A DNA stretch of 64,000 nt from contig NC_068985.1 of the NCBI RefSeq assembly GCF_001194135.2, positions 21,058,325 through 21,122,324 on the forward strand, given 5' to 3'. Source of the stretch: Octopus bimaculoides. Taxonomy: Eukaryota. Under the pieces are notes generated by a model. It worked only from the letters and a program-made list of their open reading frames with translations. It had not been told where the DNA came from and searched no databases. A program made the translations under genes and the position numbers. This document shows positions 25,577-39,451 of this stretch, piece after piece (the stretch's first letter is position 1; each line of letters opens with the position of its first letter).

Positions 25577-26182
25577 GGTGCAGGAGTGGCTGTGTGGTAA
25601 GTAGCTTGCTTACCAACCACATGGTTCCAGATTCAGTCCCACTGCATGGCACTTTGGGCAAGTGTTTTCTACTATAGCCTCTGGCCGACCAAAACCTTGT
25701 GAGTGGATTTGGTAGACGGAAACTGAAAGAAGCCTGTCGTATATATGTATATGTATATATATGTGTGTGTGTGTTTGTGTGAAGGCACATGGCTCAGTGG
25801 TTAGAGCATCGAGCATACAATCGCAAGGTTGTGAGTTCAAATCCCGGACCGGGCTGCGTGTTGTGTTCTTGAGCAAGACACTTTATTTCACGTTGCTCCA
25901 GTTCACTGAGCTGTAGAAATGAGTTGCGACGTCACAGGTGCCAAGCTGTATCGCCCTTTTCCTTTCCCTTGGATAACACTGGTGGTGTGGAGAGGGAAGG
26001 CCGGTATGCATGGGCGACTGCTGGTCTTCCATAAACAACCTTGCCCGGACTTGTGCCTCGGAGGGTAACTTTCTAGGTGCAGTCCCATGGTCAGTCATAA
26101 CCGAAGGGGGTCTCAGCTCAGTGTCTGTGTTTGTCCCCCCAACATCACTTGACAACCGATGCTGGTGTGTTTACGTCTCCGT
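25577..26182 (+). mobile_element. SINE family A copy carrying a nested, CpG-rich tRNA-derived SINE (25781-26113)
   Basis: Host head and tail are separated by an insert with A-box tggctcagtgg and B-box gagttcaaatc. Confidence 0.85.
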
Positions 26183-26665
26183 NNNNNNNNNNNNNNNNNN
26201 NNNNNNNNNNNNNNNNNNNNNNNNNNNNNNNNNNNNNNNNNNNNNNNNNNNNNNNNNNNNNNNNNNNNNNNNNNNNNNNNNNNNNNNNNNNNNNNNNNNN
26301 NNNNNNNNNNNNNNNNNNNNNNNNNNNNNNNNNNNNNNNNNNNNNNNNNNNNNNNNNNNNNNNNNNNNNNNNNNNNNNNNNNNNNNNNNNNNNNNNNNNN
26401 NNNNNNNNNNNNNNNNNNNNNNNNNNNNNNNNNNNNNNNNNNNNNNNNNNNNNNNNNNNNNNNNNNNNNNNNNNNNNNNNNNNNNNNNNNNNNNNNNNNN
26501 NNNNNNNNNNNNNNNNNNNNNNNNNNNNNNNNNNNNNNNNNNNNNNNNNNNNNNNNNNNNNNNNNNNNNNNNNNNNNNNNNNNNNNNNNNNNNNNNNNNN
26601 NNNNNNNNNNNNNNNNNNNNNNNNNNNNNNNNNNNNNNNNNNNNNNNNNNNNNNNNNNNNNNNNN

Positions 26666-26746
<81 letters not shown>

Positions 26747-26749
26747 CAT

Positions 26750-27640
26750 TTTTTTTTATTCATCTCAGCCAAGTGGCAGCAGTCATGCTGGAACACCACC
26801 AATGACTTTCCCTCTTTATTCTGTGCTCTCTGCACGTTCCTTGCATGGCTCTTCTCCACCATCTGATCTAGTCCAATCAAGACTTTCGATGGCACATCTG
26901 GTGTATAAGAGAATTTGACATCGCTGCCCTAAACTGTGTCTCATTTTGAGCCAACGATTCGTCTGGTATCGTGGATAGGAAAGTGTCGAGTTTTGTTTTG
27001 AAGACCTCTACATCCATGTCTTGCAGGTCTCTCAATTGTTTTGGCAGGGCATTAAAGAGCTGAAGTCTTCTGAAACTGAGGCTGNNNNNNNNNNTGTCTT
27101 GCAGGTCTCTCAATTGTTTTGGCAGGGCATTAAAGAGCTGAAGTCTTCTGAAACTGAGGCTGTTGCAATACCTTGTTCTTATGTGAGATGCAGTGGACGG
27201 TACCCTTGGTACTATGCAGTGACGAACTGTGCGGGCATTCGTATAGTACTTGATACCAAAGTTTGGTACCAGTCCTACCAGTATTTTCCATATGTAAATT
27301 ATTACATATCTCTCCTGCCTGTGCTCCAGAGAGTAGAGACCTAGTGCCTTCAGTCACTCCCTGTAGTTCATCTGCTGGACAGTGGTGATCTTTTTTGTAT
27401 AGTGACGCTGAATTGCCTCGAGTTCTGCTGACACTGTGTGGTGACCATAAGTGAGAGCAATAGTCTAGATGACTCAGAACAAATGTCTTCCATAGAGTAA
27501 ACATGACATTTTGATCCCTTGTTCTGAATGTCCTCAGTATCCACCCTGCCAGTTGTCTACACTTTGCTGTCAACTTGACAATGTACATGTGAAATGATGT
27601 ATCACTACACAGGTCTCTCACTGTTTGTGGTTCTGGGATT
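26750..27640 (-). mobile_element. CR1/L2-like LINE, RT C-terminus and 3' UTR
   Basis: GWILRTFRTRD...LWKTFVLSHLDYCSHLWSP and LFNALPKQLR...FKTKLDTFLSTIPD motifs. Confidence 0.88.
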
Positions 27641-27699
27641 GAAAAAAACCACTCATGTTATACGGAACCATAGAATCTGTCATTATCCCCAGTGTAACA

Positions 27700-28945
27700 G
27701 ATTATGTCTACAGCATAATTGTCCATTTATCCATCTCCCGGGAACTCATCACAAATAAAAATATAAATAGGATCCCTAACCAATACAAAACCCACGACCA
27801 CAAACATTTCCAGTTCTTCAAACAGAATTCTTTTTTAGCCATAATGAATCTGGCAAAAGAGCTACAAAAGAACATTCTAGCCATCACACAATACCACTCC
27901 CCACTGCCACCCTATTACACAAACTCCTATTGCTGCCATTAACAAGCAAATCACCAAAACAGTCACCTCAATATTTTTGCTCAATGCACAAAGCATCAGC
28001 CCTTCCACCAATGCCCAAAAATGGAAGATCCAATTTATTGAGGACTGCATTAATGACCATCCACACCACTTTTCCCGTCCTCACAGAGACCCATCTCAAT
28101 AATCCCCACTTGGAAGCTGAGGCAAGAGTGAAGAATTTTACAGCCATCCGTGCAGATCATATCAGCAGAAGAAAGGGTGGGACCGTCATTTTCATGCACG
28201 ATTCTTTTTCAGCTGAAGCAATGGACGTATTTACCAATGGCTACTGTGAAGCAGCTTCTGTGTATAGTAAAACCAACAATTTAATAGTAGTTGGGCTCTA
28301 TTGGCCACCCCTAACTCCTTTTCTACACTTCAAGAAATGCCTCAATAGTATTAAGCATTTCATTCATCAGTGTAATGCTGACAACATATAAATGATGGGG
28401 ACTTCAACTTTCCCAGTGTTGATTGGTCCACAAACAGCTTAAAACCAGGTTTTCCCACCTCAACCCCTAATAAGGAAGCAATTGAATTGCTTTTTGATTA
28501 CATGGATGAGTTTTTCCTAACCCAACTTGTTCATGAACCAACCAGGTGTCACAAAAACATCTTGGATCTTGTATTCAGTAACCACACTGACACTATCCTC
28601 AATATTGCAGTGGAAAAAACACCACTACTCTCAGACCATGACATGGTTCTCTGCGATCTGAGATTTTACCACCCAAAGATCAAATCCAGTGACATCTCTC
28701 CAGCCCATCCATTTGACACTATGGACCTTCATAACGCAGACTGGGATACAATCAATCATGATATTTCACAAGTTGATTGGGCCTTCATGCATGCACACAC
28801 ACCCCTCCAACATAAACACATCATGGCAAACATTTGTAGATACTGTGACAGTTATATGCAAAAACATACTCCATTAAGATCAGTATACAAATTTAAGTGC
28901 ATAATCCCTAGAAATATTATAAACAAGAGTACCTTAAACTTCTGA
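27700..28945 (+). mobile_element. CR1/L2-like LINE APE endonuclease region (pseudogenised)
   Basis: LTETHL, RADH..RRKGG, VGLYWPP, GDFNFP (after frameshift), PTR..NILDLVFSN and LSDH motifs. The 5' boundary is approximate. Confidence 0.92.
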
Positions 28946-31900
28946 GGATTTTAAGAACACTTTTGTAATTCAAACCAAAAATTTGTGGTCAGTGCTTCAT
29001 TAATAACTAAGCAGTAATTAAGGCATTATATATTGAATCTTAATTATTCAGACAGTCAGCAAATATATATAGATATTTATAATATACAGGAATATATTCA
29101 GTTTTCTGATCATCATCATCAAATGTTTTACTTACACAGTCTGCTCAAGCAAGAAAACCAGCAACCCAATTTAACATTTAACTTTATCATTATATTTATC
29201 TTCAAGCACAGTTTGTCTTCCTAAAATATTATTCTGGTTAGAGTCCTCTCCCTACTTACTTTCAGTACAAGAAACCTTTCATCAAATTGTCAACCAACTC
29301 CTCTAAAAGTTTTGACAAACTTTCTATGCTTTTTCAAATTTTTCTTTTATTTTTACAAACTAATATTTTACTGCTTTCTTCACTTTCTAAAATTATTGCA
29401 TTCTCACCATTGGATAAACATTACAGTTCATCATGCTGGATTTCGATGTAAGTAACAAATTATTTAACTCAAAACTCCTTTTCTATAATACAATTGTTTA
29501 TATACAATATACAATTCAATAGCAGAGCAGCAGTTATAGTAGTGCCTTGAAAATTGTGTAGTGTGTGTCAGCCAAATTTTATGAAGTGCTCCAAACTATT
29601 TCCCAGCAGCACTCAACAGTAATTCCTGTAAATGATCTGAAAAGTATCACTTAGGAATTCAAAATGGGAATTAGTATTCAAAAGATTGTGGAAACAAAAG
29701 AGGCATTAATAAATCCCACACTGCAACAAATTTCTCATCAAGCAATAGATTTAAAGTACAGTCTTAGATTTATTTCCTGCATTGCAATCAGATAATGATT
29801 ACCAACAGTCAGAAAGTACATTTATTTCTCTCTCTATCAGATATTATTTCCCCTTCATCAATATTAGTTTTTATTCTATTATACTTTCATTATATAATGT
29901 CACCAGGTAATGTGGAAACAAACAATTGATTCTATCAAACATGAACTTTGGAATGCAAAATCAATTACCTAGTTTCTAATACCTCCCTAGGCTGTAAATT
30001 AATAGAGACCATATTAACAGACTACATACAATGAAACCCATGTAGCATTTAAATGGAATGAGAATTCATGGCACAATGTATTCAATGAAGTGTTAGTAAA
30101 CAGGTAGGAGGAAATCTAAGAAAGAGATGGTATTTGGTGTTTAGGACTAAGGGAAGTTTGTTAGTTCCATAAAGAAATCAATGTTTGAAAAATTAGATCA
30201 GATCAACCTTCTCTCTGGGTGTCAAGTGTTTCATGTATTTAACTATCCTGAAATTACATGTGTATCAAATAATCACAGGTGAAAATATAAATAAAAACAT
30301 ACGGAAAAAACAAGCTTGAAATTGAAGGTGGTAGCAACAGCAACAGTGGTGCTTATTTGAAATGCTATGCTTCAGATTGTATTTTAGCAGTGTAGTTTAA
30401 AATACTTAACTGTTGACAACTAACTTCTCACATATTTGTTACCAATTAAATTGTAGTTAGAATTGCTAGATGAAATTGTTATTTATAGCATACAATATAA
30501 ACTGACAAGCATTCACAGCAAACAGTGAGAAAAAAATATATATATATTTGTCAAAAATCAAATAGATTTCATGTTGATCATTAGTTTTAGATGATTGATC
30601 TCCTAGTCACAGTTTTTAGTATCTACTGAAATTTTAAAAAATTATTTGAATGTTAAAACACATAAAACTAATATAACAATACTAAAAAAAACAGACTTTT
30701 GAAATATTGATTCTTACTAAAAATATTGCTACCAAGTAAACATACAATTTCATATTCATGTGTATAATATTAGAATATAGATAGCAAATAGCATCTTCAG
30801 AATAAGTTAAACTGATGGCATTATTTCACACACTGAGATAATGATGGCTCAATCATTTCATATATCACATTTAATGAATACAGGAATTATACATGAGCTA
30901 TTTCAAGTTTCATGCTTGAATAGTGAAGTAATTTTCAAACTTATATAACATACTGTGCTTCTAATCTGGTGAGGGTCAAAACATTTTCCAGTTTGATGAC
31001 ATATTTACGTATACAATCACCCCTAAACAAACAGACATTTCAACAACACCTGAAAACTTATTCAGATAGTAACCTTAAAATACTATCTTTCCTAATCAGT
31101 TCAGTAAAAAGTTAATAATGCGTACATACAAAAACCATTAATAGCTTCCAACGCTATACTGCGATTTATGCTACCAATGATAAGGGGTGAGGAACAGCAA
31201 CTGTCATGCTGGGTCTACATTTCCTGCTGCCATATGGTCATCAACAGTATACTCAACCTGCTAAAAATCACACTCTGCCAACTTACACAAGTACAAGACA
31301 TACTAAATATTGTATTCTTACATACCTCTGAAAGAGAGAAGTTGGTCACATCTGGAATGCCATTTATCATAGTTCTGTTCAATCTGGGTTGGTTTAGAAC
31401 AGCAGGTGTACAGAAATAAACTGAACAATAAAGAGAATATAATATATCATGGTTGTCACACTGCACCCTATGGAAATATCTTTTGCAAGTCATGTGTGCA
31501 GTGTAGTTCTCAGTTAGGCAGAGTGTGATATATCTAGAGCAGATCATGGCTTAAATCTGATCATTTAGCCAACTAGTTCTGTGCCATAGGTCTGATTGCT
31601 CAGAGCTAACTTGGGGCTGTATAATACATTAAAACTTTAGCTGTATTAGGAGCTTTTTCCTGTCTTGCAAGTTACTTGACAACCTCACAAAAATGCATGC
31701 AACACACACTGTAATTTTGTTGGCATTAGGAAGGACATCCAGCCTTAGAAACTATACAAAAGTTGACATTGGGTCTTGGAGCAGCCCTATGGGTCACCTG
31801 ATCTTGTCAAGCCATCCAACCCATGACAGCATAGAAAACAGATATTCAGTGATAAGGATGATTATTGTATTTGCATATGCACAATTTTTTCTCTTAAATT

Positions 31901-34042
31901 TCACCAATATATTTAGACCTATCTAATCTAATTGGTGAGATAATTATTGCAGTAATGCACAAGCAACATGATTCAAAGACATTATAAAGCAATATATCAA
32001 TATGTGGTTTACAAAAATATTAATTTAAATAATGTTTAAAAAAGTGGGTGATGTAGACTATATAAATGGTAGTGTGTGTAAATTTAAATTAGCAATATAT
32101 AACTCTAAGTTAACAAACAAGTTATGGTAAAAGTCAACACAACTATACTTGAAATGGAACTGACAAACTCATTCAACTTAACACACATCTTGGTGGGACT
32201 TGGTAAGAGGTAAGATGATTAGGTAAGAGGTAAAAGGACTAGGTAAGAGGCAAGAGGAAAATTCCGTTCAAAGTTGAATTTATGGTGCTGCAATAAATGA
32301 AGAAAAAATAACTTAGAATGCATCACTGGTATAAGTTAGAAGAATGAAGCAACTGCAAGACAGATAAGCAAAAGAGAAAAATTACTTCCTTTTGTAATAT
32401 CTATCAGAACAGTCTACTTTCTGGCTAGTCCATTCTGCTCGTCAGTAATTTAATTTCTTTTCTTCTGATATATATATATATATAGATATNNNNNNNNNNN
32501 NNNNNNNNNNNNNNNNNNNNNNNNNNNNNNNNNNNNNNNNNNNNNNNNNNNNNNNNNNNNNNNNNNNNNNNNNNNNNNNNNNNNNNNNNNNNNNNATATA
32601 TATAATTCATAAATATAGTGTCCCTTCTCCAACAGAAGTAATTTGCTATTTCTTTTTTATTCATATCCTCAGCTTATGGAGTATATTAATCTTCTTTTCA
32701 GAACTAAAGTATTTTAATTTCTTAATATTAACAGACAGTTAGATAGTGAGCTAGCAGAATTGTTAGCATGCCAGGAAAAATGCTTGTCAACATTTTGTCC
32801 ATCTTTACGTTCTGAGTTCAAATTCTGCTGAGGTTGATTTTGTCTTTCATCCTTTCTGGCTCAATATAATAAGGATCAGCTGAGCCCTTATCGCTCCCCT
32901 GAAATTGCTGGCCTTGCACCAAAACCTGAAACCAATATTAACAGTCACTCAATAAGAAGGGTTCTTATCTGGAGCTATCTATATCCCTTGCGGATATGAA
33001 AACCAAAGTCTGAGATATGGCATGTGAATCCTATTATTGTTTCCTATGATGCTCTCTACATGATAAAATCCTTATGATTTGGAATCATATGGGCACTTAA
33101 CAGGACTGATGATAATGATGATTGTTAATAGTCTTATAACAAAAAGTATGAAGACATGTTGGAAAGACCTATTCTTATATTTGAAAATATATATTAGTAT
33201 CTGCCTCTGTTGCCAAAATGTTAGATTATATTCAAGAAACTTGATTAGTAAGCTCTTTTTCACAAACAATGAACTGGAGGAGTAGAATGTTTATAGAATG
33301 TTTTTTGTGATGAATGTTTAGTTTGGACATGTGTAAGTTAATATTGTTTTTAGAAAAACATGAGTTGGATAGATGCTTGCAGAGTTCTGACGAGAATGGA
33401 TACCACATTGTCAGTAATGAGAAGAGACAGTTGCATTGAAATGACAGTTTTATAGTTGACGCCCAAAACAAAAACTACTACTTTAGTTTATAAGAAATTA
33501 GAAGAGACAAGTCAGGAAGTGGAAATGGTCTATGATATATAAATTACAACAAGCCTGATTTTTTTTTTTTTTTCTTTATGGGCAGGGGCTATTTTTTACA
33601 AAATACAAAATATTTTCATTTCTGAAATGCATGCAATAGCTAATGGTTACTCTTACCTGTCATTTATTTAAACAAAAATATATTCAATGATTACAACTAA
33701 AGAATATTTGAGCATATGATGAAAAAAAGAATATGAGCTAGTTAATATTATTTTCATTTTATAAAAGACAACTTCAGATACATTTCTGCCTTAGAGAGGC
33801 AGTTTTCTATCACTTATCAAGGTACAGTGTTTCTCTTGCTTTATACCAACAAATTAGCAATTTTCTGTACCACTACCATTCCAACGAGTTACAGAAAGGT
33901 TGCATTTCATTGACAAACTTCAACTAAAGCAAGACACATTAAGATTGGACTTCTGTAATACCTGAAAATCCATATTTCGTCATAGCATTTCATACAAACT
34001 AGATAAGTTACCCACTAATTTTAAGCATTTTTTTTTTTTTAG

Positions 34043-34203
34043 TACAACCGTTAGATCCTGCCCAAAGAAGTTCTGCATTCATTCGCCATAAGCTAGGAGG
34101 CCGATCAAGTTCCTTGGAAATTGATGAGTCAAAATCCGGGGCATCAAGTTTTTCCCTCTACTCGAATCCATCACCAGTTAGTTCAAACCCAAACTTGTCA
34201 CAA
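34043..34203 (+). CDS. STAC: STAC-like adaptor, internal exon (phase 1 to 0), Ser-rich linker QPLDPAQRSSAFIRHKLGGRSSSLEIDESK...NLSQ
   Basis: Poly-T AG acceptor and GTAAGT donor. 161 nt open frame, phase-compatible with both neighbouring exons. Confidence 0.85.
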
Positions 34204-34339
34204 GTAAGTAAAATTCTCTGAATCAGATTTTTTATTTCTATCATTTGCTTTGTCATTTATAAATATGATGTCAAAAAAAAAATACGTGTGTATGTGGGTA
34301 CACATACATATCTATATATTTAATTAATTATCATCCCTC

Positions 34340-34640
34340 AGGGTCAAGGATGATTGTCCACCAGATTTAACTGTAGCAAACCCACATGTAACTGTGTATA
34401 CTAATGCATAGTCCACAAGTTTGGTCAGATTGAGCATTTCTTGCCTTGTAGAAGAAGCAACACTCTGTTGGTCACTTCACTCTGTTGGTCACTTCACTCT
34501 GTTGGTCACTTCACTATGTTTTCTATACATGTATTTATCATTGAGATGTTTGATACATGCTGTGCTGAAGGGCTGAGCTCCATCATAGATGATCCATCTC
34601 CATTTGTGCTTGTCATTCACCAACAGTTCCTACTTGTACA
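34340..34640 (-). mobile_element. Decayed RTE 3' fragment containing a 17-bp x3 tandem (34461-34511)
   Basis: Minus strand reads WE.L..D...WR..IYDGA..F-like. The unit cactctgttggtcactt is repeated three times. Confidence 0.55.
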
Positions 34641-34757
34641 CATTGATTCCACATCATCATCATCATCACCATTTAGCGTCCATTGTCCATGTTGGTATGG
34701 GTTGGACGGTTTGACCAGGGCTGGCAAGCTGATGGGCTGTGTGTTCCTTTTCAACCT

Positions 34758-34865
<108 letters not shown>

Positions 34866-35071
34866 AGTATGTAAAGATATATATAAGTTGATTTAAAAAT
34901 TAAAGGATTAAGGTTTAGAAAGTATGCATTAAACACAGTATCTAAACCTTGTTTCAGGGTGTCATGTGTCCGTGGAGCACATTCACCACTTATGGCTACC
35001 AGGCATCATCAGCGATACTTTGCATTCATCATTGAATCAATTTCCAGGAATCCAGGGTGCACGTAGCGTAT

Positions 35072-35433
35072 ATATTAAAGATTAATAGAGAAGGCAGAGC
35101 ATACCAAAAGCCATTTATTATCATGACAATTGTTTCGTCTTCATGATGCCTTGCTCCCTAGTGGGCATGAAATGGTGCAATAACACCAGATGCAACACAC
35201 AGTGCAAAGGAGACTCATCAGGTGGCATAATATACTTTTAAGTGTGGGGATTTACATTTCAGTTTCACTGTATTGAGAGATTTTATCAGTTTGGGTGGAT
35301 ATGTTCAAATGCGCTGCATCTGGTGTTATTGCACTTCTCCATGTCCACTAGCAAGCAGTGCATCATGAAGACAAAACAACTGTCATGATAATAAATTTCT
35401 TTTGGTACACTCCATTTTTATTAATCTTTATAT
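35072..35433. repeat. Fold-back inverted repeat (about 125-bp arms) in a TA-rich site, hammerhead-bearing
   Basis: 35072-35197 is the diverged reverse complement of 35313-35433. Confidence 0.85.
35116..35232 (-). ncRNA. Type I hammerhead ribozyme with extended stem II
   Basis: CUGAUGA (35221-35215), GUCU/AGAC stem II base enclosing 70 nt, GAAA, palindromic ACAAUUGU, GUC^ triplet. Stem I is imperfect. Confidence 0.65.
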
Positions 35434-35440
35434 CTATCTA

Positions 35441-35481
<41 letters not shown>

Positions 35482-36945
35482 TCAGGGCTTCTTTCAGTTT
35501 CTATCTACCAAATTCATTCACAAGACTTTGGTTGGCCTGGGGTTATAGTATGGCACCCAAGGTATCATACAATAAAACTGAACTTGAGATCACATGGTTG
35601 AGAAGCAAGCTTTTTATCCACACAGCTATAGATGTGCATGATTTTCCTCAGACATTCCTGATGGCATGTCTCTGGTTTATGGACGTACCAGTTTGTCATA
35701 TTTCAGGGCCATATAGGAGAGTAATTCAACAGTTGTTTTATGCACCGTAATAATGAACAACGTAGCCACATCACTTGATATTGAAGAAACTAAAAGAACA
35801 ATTCATTCTCTAAAAATCAAAAATCACTCAGATCCAACAGGATTCTAACAGGTTTATAAATTTAAAAAACATACACTAACAACAAAGCCTTGTGAACTGA
35901 TTCTGCTGATCTGGATGCAGGAAGAGATACTAGCTGGTCACAGAGATATAATCAACATGATCACCAAGAAAGAAGAAAACCAATCTGTTTAAGGAGAAAT
36001 CTCACTTTAGTCACTTGCTGAAAAAATTCTAGCTATAATCCTGCTCAACTGATTCAAGTTAGCAATCTAGTAAAATACATGGAAGGTGCTATAAAAATTG
36101 AACTGAAGACAGCTTTAAATAGTTATTTAATCATGTCAAACCCATCTCAACGATGAATGACAAAACTGTTAACAACTTCAGAATTAATAAAGCTATAAAT
36201 ATAGCCTTGAGAGCTCTTCAGTTTATAAGAACAGTCAAGTTCGATGTACTTTTCTTTAAGGTTATTGATAGCAATATAACAGCTCTTGTGAATTATCAGT
36301 ACAATTGGGGAAAAAATACCATTTTCTTAACTTTACTGGCAGCAGAAATTGAACTTTCTTTCTCCTCTTTGTTTTTCTTTTTCCCTTCTTTGCTCACCTC
36401 TTTTTATTTTCCTTCTTTTATTGACATGTTTAATATCTCATCTACATATCAAGCACAGGAGACAATTAAAAACAAAAGAAAATAAGCAAAACATCAAGGG
36501 AAGTATTGATGGGGAATATCAGTCAATGAAATTTACAAAACTTTTCTCCAAAAACAATAGAATTCACTTGTCCTCATGGCACAAGAACTTATTCAACTCA
36601 CTTAATATTCTTTCTATACAGCCTTGCACAGAGATTATATGTTCCAGTTTCTTGCCAGGATTGTTTTTGTTTTTTTTAGAAAGATTAAAGGAATTAAAAA
36701 TACACTTCAGTAAGATACATTATCTAGATTGACAATAGTGTTAAAAATACATTAAAAAAAACTCAAAATATTATTTAAGATGTTAGAGTAAGATTTGAAT
36801 GAGATTTAGCCACTATTTTTAGCAGGTTTAGCAATTGCATAGAAGCTAACACTGTGACTCCTCAGTTAGATATATGTAGTAGTTTTGCAGCATAACTTTA
36901 AAAGATAAACAAACAATTACTGTATAGGAAGCAAAACTTAGCCAT

Positions 36946-37285
36946 GCAGGAGTGGCTGTGTGGTAAGTAGTTTGCTTACCAACCACATGGTTCTGGATTC
37001 AGTCCCACTGTGTGGCACCTTGGGCAAGTGTCTTCTATAGTCATGGGCTGACCAAAGCCTTGTGAGTAGATTTGGTAGATGGAACTGAAAGAAGCCTGTC
37101 ATATGTATATATATGTATGTATATGTTTGTGTGTCTGTATTTGCGCCCCCCCCCTCATAATTGCTTGATTACTGCTGTTTGTGTGTATATGTCCCCATAG
37201 CTTAGCAGTTCAGCAAAAGTCACCGATAGAATAAGTATTAGGCTTACAAAGAATAAGTTCTGGGGTCGATTTGTTCGACTTAAGA
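36946..37285 (+). mobile_element. SINE family A copy
   Basis: Same head and body as the other family A copies. Confidence 0.85.
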
Positions 37286-37597
37286 GTAAAGAGTATTCAA
37301 AAATTATTAATGGCAATGACAAGGATGCAGTAAAAATTTTAACACCAAATAATAAATGGTTCAGTGAAGTTAACAGGTTTTGTGTGTTTCTGAATGGTTA
37401 ATGTGTGGTCTTCCACACTGTAATTCTTTTAGTTTCAACACATTTTCAGATCAATCACTTGTCAAACAAGTGCATCTTTGAAACATATTAAGTCTTATTT
37501 TGTAGAAGATGTATTCAAATTTAACAGTTAGCACCAGTTTTGTTTGGCTGATGTATGTGTGTGAGAGAGAGAAAACATTTATGACTGTTGTACATAG

Positions 37598-37663
<66 letters not shown>

Positions 37664-39416
37664 ATACCATAAGGAAAATCTAATACCAGCTTACTATTTA
37701 CAAAGTGGATCACAAACTACTCAAAGATATGGAATAGATACAGTTAGGTTGATCGGGCTTGCATTATAGAAAGAGTTCTGTGTATGAGAAAAGCATTCTT
37801 TTCTTCCTGAGTCAAAGATTTATCATAAACTGACTTGCAAGACTCTCTTCAAGTGTTTAGAAGTGCTCTTGTTGCAAGATATTTATGCTGACATCTTTGT
37901 ATCAATGAAGAATCTGCACGAAAACTCAAGCAGTATTTAATTAATTATGCGCCATGTCTTAGATGTTGGTCTTCTGTTTACTTGATGTTGAAATAAAGTA
38001 TTTGTAAAATGGATCCCTTATAAAATGACAGATGGAGGCTTTTAAAGTTACAATTGCTGACACAGTATCATTAATTAATAGCTTTCCAATTAATAAAGAG
38101 CAATTTACTAGCTCACCATTCAGTGTATTACACTTCTAAGATCCACTTAACATCCCATTTCTTTTGAGCTTATCCAAATACATACTAATGGCTTGCTAAG
38201 ACATGTTAGTTGTACGGTCTCAAGACTACATCTAGATTCCAAAACTTAGTTCCAATTTAAGCTTATTATTATTATTAACCACAAAGGCATGCTTGCATCA
38301 GACTTGAAAAATTTGAAAGATTGAAAGTTAGGCTAGTACATTTCACATAAAATTTCTGATAGGAATCATGACGAGAATGCTTGTGTTGTGACTTCCAGCT
38401 ATTTGATAATCTGACATAGATAATAAAAGTCACTGGTAGCTGTTAATTAATGTATGAAAATTTCAGACTTACTTTATCATCAGTCATGATGAGAAAAAAA
38501 CAATACTGAAGACAGCTATGTAGTAACTGCTTATTTCAAAGTTTCTTGTTCAGACAAGTATTCAAAAGTCAATAAATTCTATTCCACATGAAGTGTTTGT
38601 TAAATAAAGTTCAGTACAATTACTTATTTGTCTTAAATATAAGGCTAGTGTGGGAAGCTATAATACAAAATCTTATTTTAACAGACTGAATAATAAAGAG
38701 TCTTAAGATTGGCACAAGGCCATATGATTTGGAGAAAACTATAGTCAATTATATCAGTCCATTTAGCTAGTCATCTTTTTATGAAACTAAGAAAGATAAA
38801 AGGTTGGATTTGAACTCAAAACAAAGAGACAGATAAGTACATAGCACTATGCATTTTGCCCGACTCTGTATCAATTTTGCTATTGCACAGCCCTTTATAA
38901 CAGAACCATAATAATTCAAGTTGAGAGGAAAATTCCTCGTTTTGCTCAGTTTTCTTCTTCAAAGAAAATTAAAAGTTTATTTTCATTGGTTGATCTGTTA
39001 GATTATGCTTTCAAGTAATTTTCATTCATTGTGTGAGTAGTATCCAGTGAAATTCTTGAAACTTGGCCAGTAAGATTTTTACATCCAACTAAACACATCT
39101 TTCATTTGCTGGTTATTGCTGCCTTTTACTGTCTAACATGTTAATCTTCTCCATATTAGAGAGTAGATGCTACAGTTTGTATTTTATCAAGCATAAGCAT
39201 CTTTATGTGTATATGTTTTTAAGTACACATTTACACATACACAAAGAATAAGTAGCAAACGTTGAAAGGAGACTTTTCAATTCTACTGCAAATGGTTGTG
39301 TTCTTTCAGTTTTGATCTCATTGCATATCACTTTGGGCAAGAATCATCTAGCATAACTTCAGCTGAGCATTAGATTTTGAGTAGAATTTGTAAATGGAAA
39401 CTATTTACAATTAGGA

Positions 39417-39451
<35 letters not shown>

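Noticed and set aside
27017-27162. About 68-bp exact direct repeat around a 10-N gap
   Set aside because: Typical unmerged contig overlap, so an assembly artefact.
31215-31547. Minus-strand 110-aa ORF with a good donor (cagag|GTATGT) suggesting an antisense gene
   Set aside because: No recognisable domain, no phase-compatible partner exons, and part of the ORF overlaps repeat sequence.
3258-32664. Long ORFs in the track made mostly of X (e.g. 3258-4362, 7501-8300, 10359-10895, 26010-26918)
   Set aside because: They span N gaps and (TA)n tracts and are translation artefacts.
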